Source: Candidatus Aldehydirespiratoraceae bacterium | GTDB taxonomy: Bacteria > Actinomycetota > Acidimicrobiia > Acidimicrobiales > Aldehydirespiratoraceae | NCBI GenBank assembly: GCA_965208435.1 | Contig: OZ242337.1 | Span: 960,998 to 1,024,997 of the forward strand | DNA length: 64,000 bases | Reading direction: 5' to 3' | In this document: in pieces, positions 63,157 to 64,000 of the stretch | Numbering within the stretch: the first letter of the stretch is position 1 | Layout of the letters: every line of letters begins with the position of its first letter | Program-made: the position numbers and the translations under genes | Notes under the pieces: generated by a model | Told to the model about the DNA's origin: nothing | The model's database searches: none | What the model saw: only the letters and a program-made list of their open reading frames with translations

Positions 63157-64000
63157 TTACAAAACGGCCAGAGCGGGGGCGGTCACCTGCAGACAGGGCG
63201 ACAAGCCGTGGGCGGTCTCGAATGACACTGAACGGCTCGACGCCGCAAACGGAATCGCCGCCTGCACGATCCACGACGCCGCATTCGATGTCGGCCTGAT
63301 CACTGTCAGCGGCGGCCTTTCCGAGGTTGAGGGTGGATCGCTGGACCCAATGTTGGGAGCACGGCCGGCCTCGGAGACGTGCTTGACGAAGTGCTCGCCA
63401 AACCGCTGCGCCAGGATTACGGGGACGGCGTTGCCGATCTGCCGCGCCTGTGAGGTCAGCCCCCCGGCGAACTCGAACGAGTCTGGGAACGTCTGCAGAC
63501 GTGCTGCCTCTCGTGCGGTGAGCGCTCTGTGCTCGCTCGGATGCCCGAAGCGGCCGTTGCTGTAACTGACGCACTTCGTTGTCAGCGTCGGAGCTGGTTT
63601 GTCCCAGCTGAGGCGTCCATACACGTCGGTGTGGCCGCCGAACCCGCCTCCGTGACAGGAGGGCCAGAGATGCTTCGGCCACTCTCGGCGGTCTCCGCCT
63701 TCCGATGTGGCTTCGATGCGTTTGCGGTTCAGCACCGACATGCGCATCGCGATGTGGCTGCTGAACTTGGCCGCGTCGGGTCCCTCGACATCGTGGGGCA
63801 AAGAGAAGATGGCGTCCCGGACCGTCTTGTGTGGTTGGTCGGTCGTCGGGCCGTGTGTCGGCTCAGGCAACTCGATCTCGCCAAGATCGAAGCTGCTGGC
63901 GATGAGCACCAGCCTGCGCCGGGTCTGCGGCACGCCGTAGTCCGCGCAGGAGATGGTGTCGAGGGCTACGTGATGGGTCTTCTTCAGCTCTTCGACGAAT
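63157..64000 (-). CDS. DNA (cytosine-5)-methyltransferase, 5' end outside the window
   Basis: Has DYGVPQTRRRLVLIAS (motif VIII, read in frame to the window edge), TAREAARLQTFPDSFEF and QIGNAVPV. The last 72 or so codons are non-conserved and antisense to the HNH remnant. Confidence 0.85.
   Translation of the reverse strand, partial: FVEELKKTHHVALDTISCADYGVPQTRRRLVLIASSFDLGEIELPEPTHGPTTDQPHKTVRDAIFSLPHDVEGPDAAKFSSHIAMRMSVLNRKRIEATSEGGDRREWPKHLWPSCHGGGFGGHTDVYGRLSWDKPAPTLTTKCVSYSNGRFGHPSEHRALTAREAARLQTFPDSFEFAGGLTSQARQIGNAVPVILAQRFGEHFVKHVSEAGRAPNIGSSDPPSTSERPPLTVIRPTSNAASWIVQAAIPFAASSRSVSFETAHGLSPCLQVTAPALAVL
63197..63319 (+). pseudogene. HNH (HNH_2-type) endonuclease remnant
   Basis: KPWAVSNDTERLDAANGIAACTIHDAAFDVGLITV matches the pattern KPW...ERLD..NGL.L...H..FD.GLIT. 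A possible upstream piece (CLTASTNLETAHKI) lies in another frame and ends in TAG at 63154-63156. Confidence 0.45.

Noticed and set aside
63134-63565. Whole 143-aa plus-strand ORF as an intact HNH gene
   Set aside because: Only about 40 residues carry the HNH_2 pattern. The remainder is antisense to conserved C5-MTase motifs (QIGNAVP, RLQTFPD), and the N-terminal half of the domain is missing.

Overview
The window is visibly high-GC (GC not computed) and densely coding, and it looks like an actinobacterial chromosome segment. Most of it (about 0-8.5 kb and 14.6-47.3 kb) is ordinary lipid and small-molecule catabolism and redox housekeeping. This includes a thiolase, several SDRs, luciferase-like (F420-type) oxidoreductases, amidohydrolases, two P450s, acyl-CoA synthetase and dehydrogenase, aminotransferase plus mmsA, pntAA-pntAB-pntB, and a Zn-ADH. 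It also holds a secreted S41 peptidase with SLH-like repeats, a SulP permease, an M15B peptidase, a GDPD lipoprotein, and a full-length Erg6-like sterol C-24 methyltransferase homologue.

Three regions are accessory or unusual.

(1) 8.5-14.6 kb is an island between sulP and an LLM gene.
- It carries an AAA/wHTH ATPase preceded by iteron-like repeats, with interleaved 31-bp and 42-bp direct repeats around it.
- It carries a secreted protein built from eleven strictly periodic 21-residue repeats.
- It carries a Cre-like tyrosine recombinase.
- Between the repeat-protein gene and the recombinase gene lie two 38-bp dyad-symmetric sites in inverted orientation, about 334 bp apart. This looks like a fimS-type invertible switch and is my top candidate for a new system.

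(2) 47.3-55.5 kb is a belt of gene wreckage around an intact PspC / PspC-histidine-kinase locus. The wreckage comprises separated N- and C-terminal sulfatase fragments, a nonsense-truncated AMP-ligase, a frameshifted TauD, and a three-fragment chimeric ORF.

(3) 55.6-64.0 kb is a defence-type island.
- It starts with AT-rich toxin/antitoxin debris.
- A co-directional minus-strand block follows: HEPN-DUF499 NTPase, AAA+DUF4143 ATPase, a beta-class N4/N6 DNA methyltransferase with an uncharacterised C-terminal domain, and a C5 cytosine methyltransferase that runs off the window.
- A decayed HNH remnant overlaps the tail of the C5 methyltransferase ORF.

I recognised no rRNA, tRNA or CRISPR array. 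All family calls come from motif recognition by eye. No searches were run.
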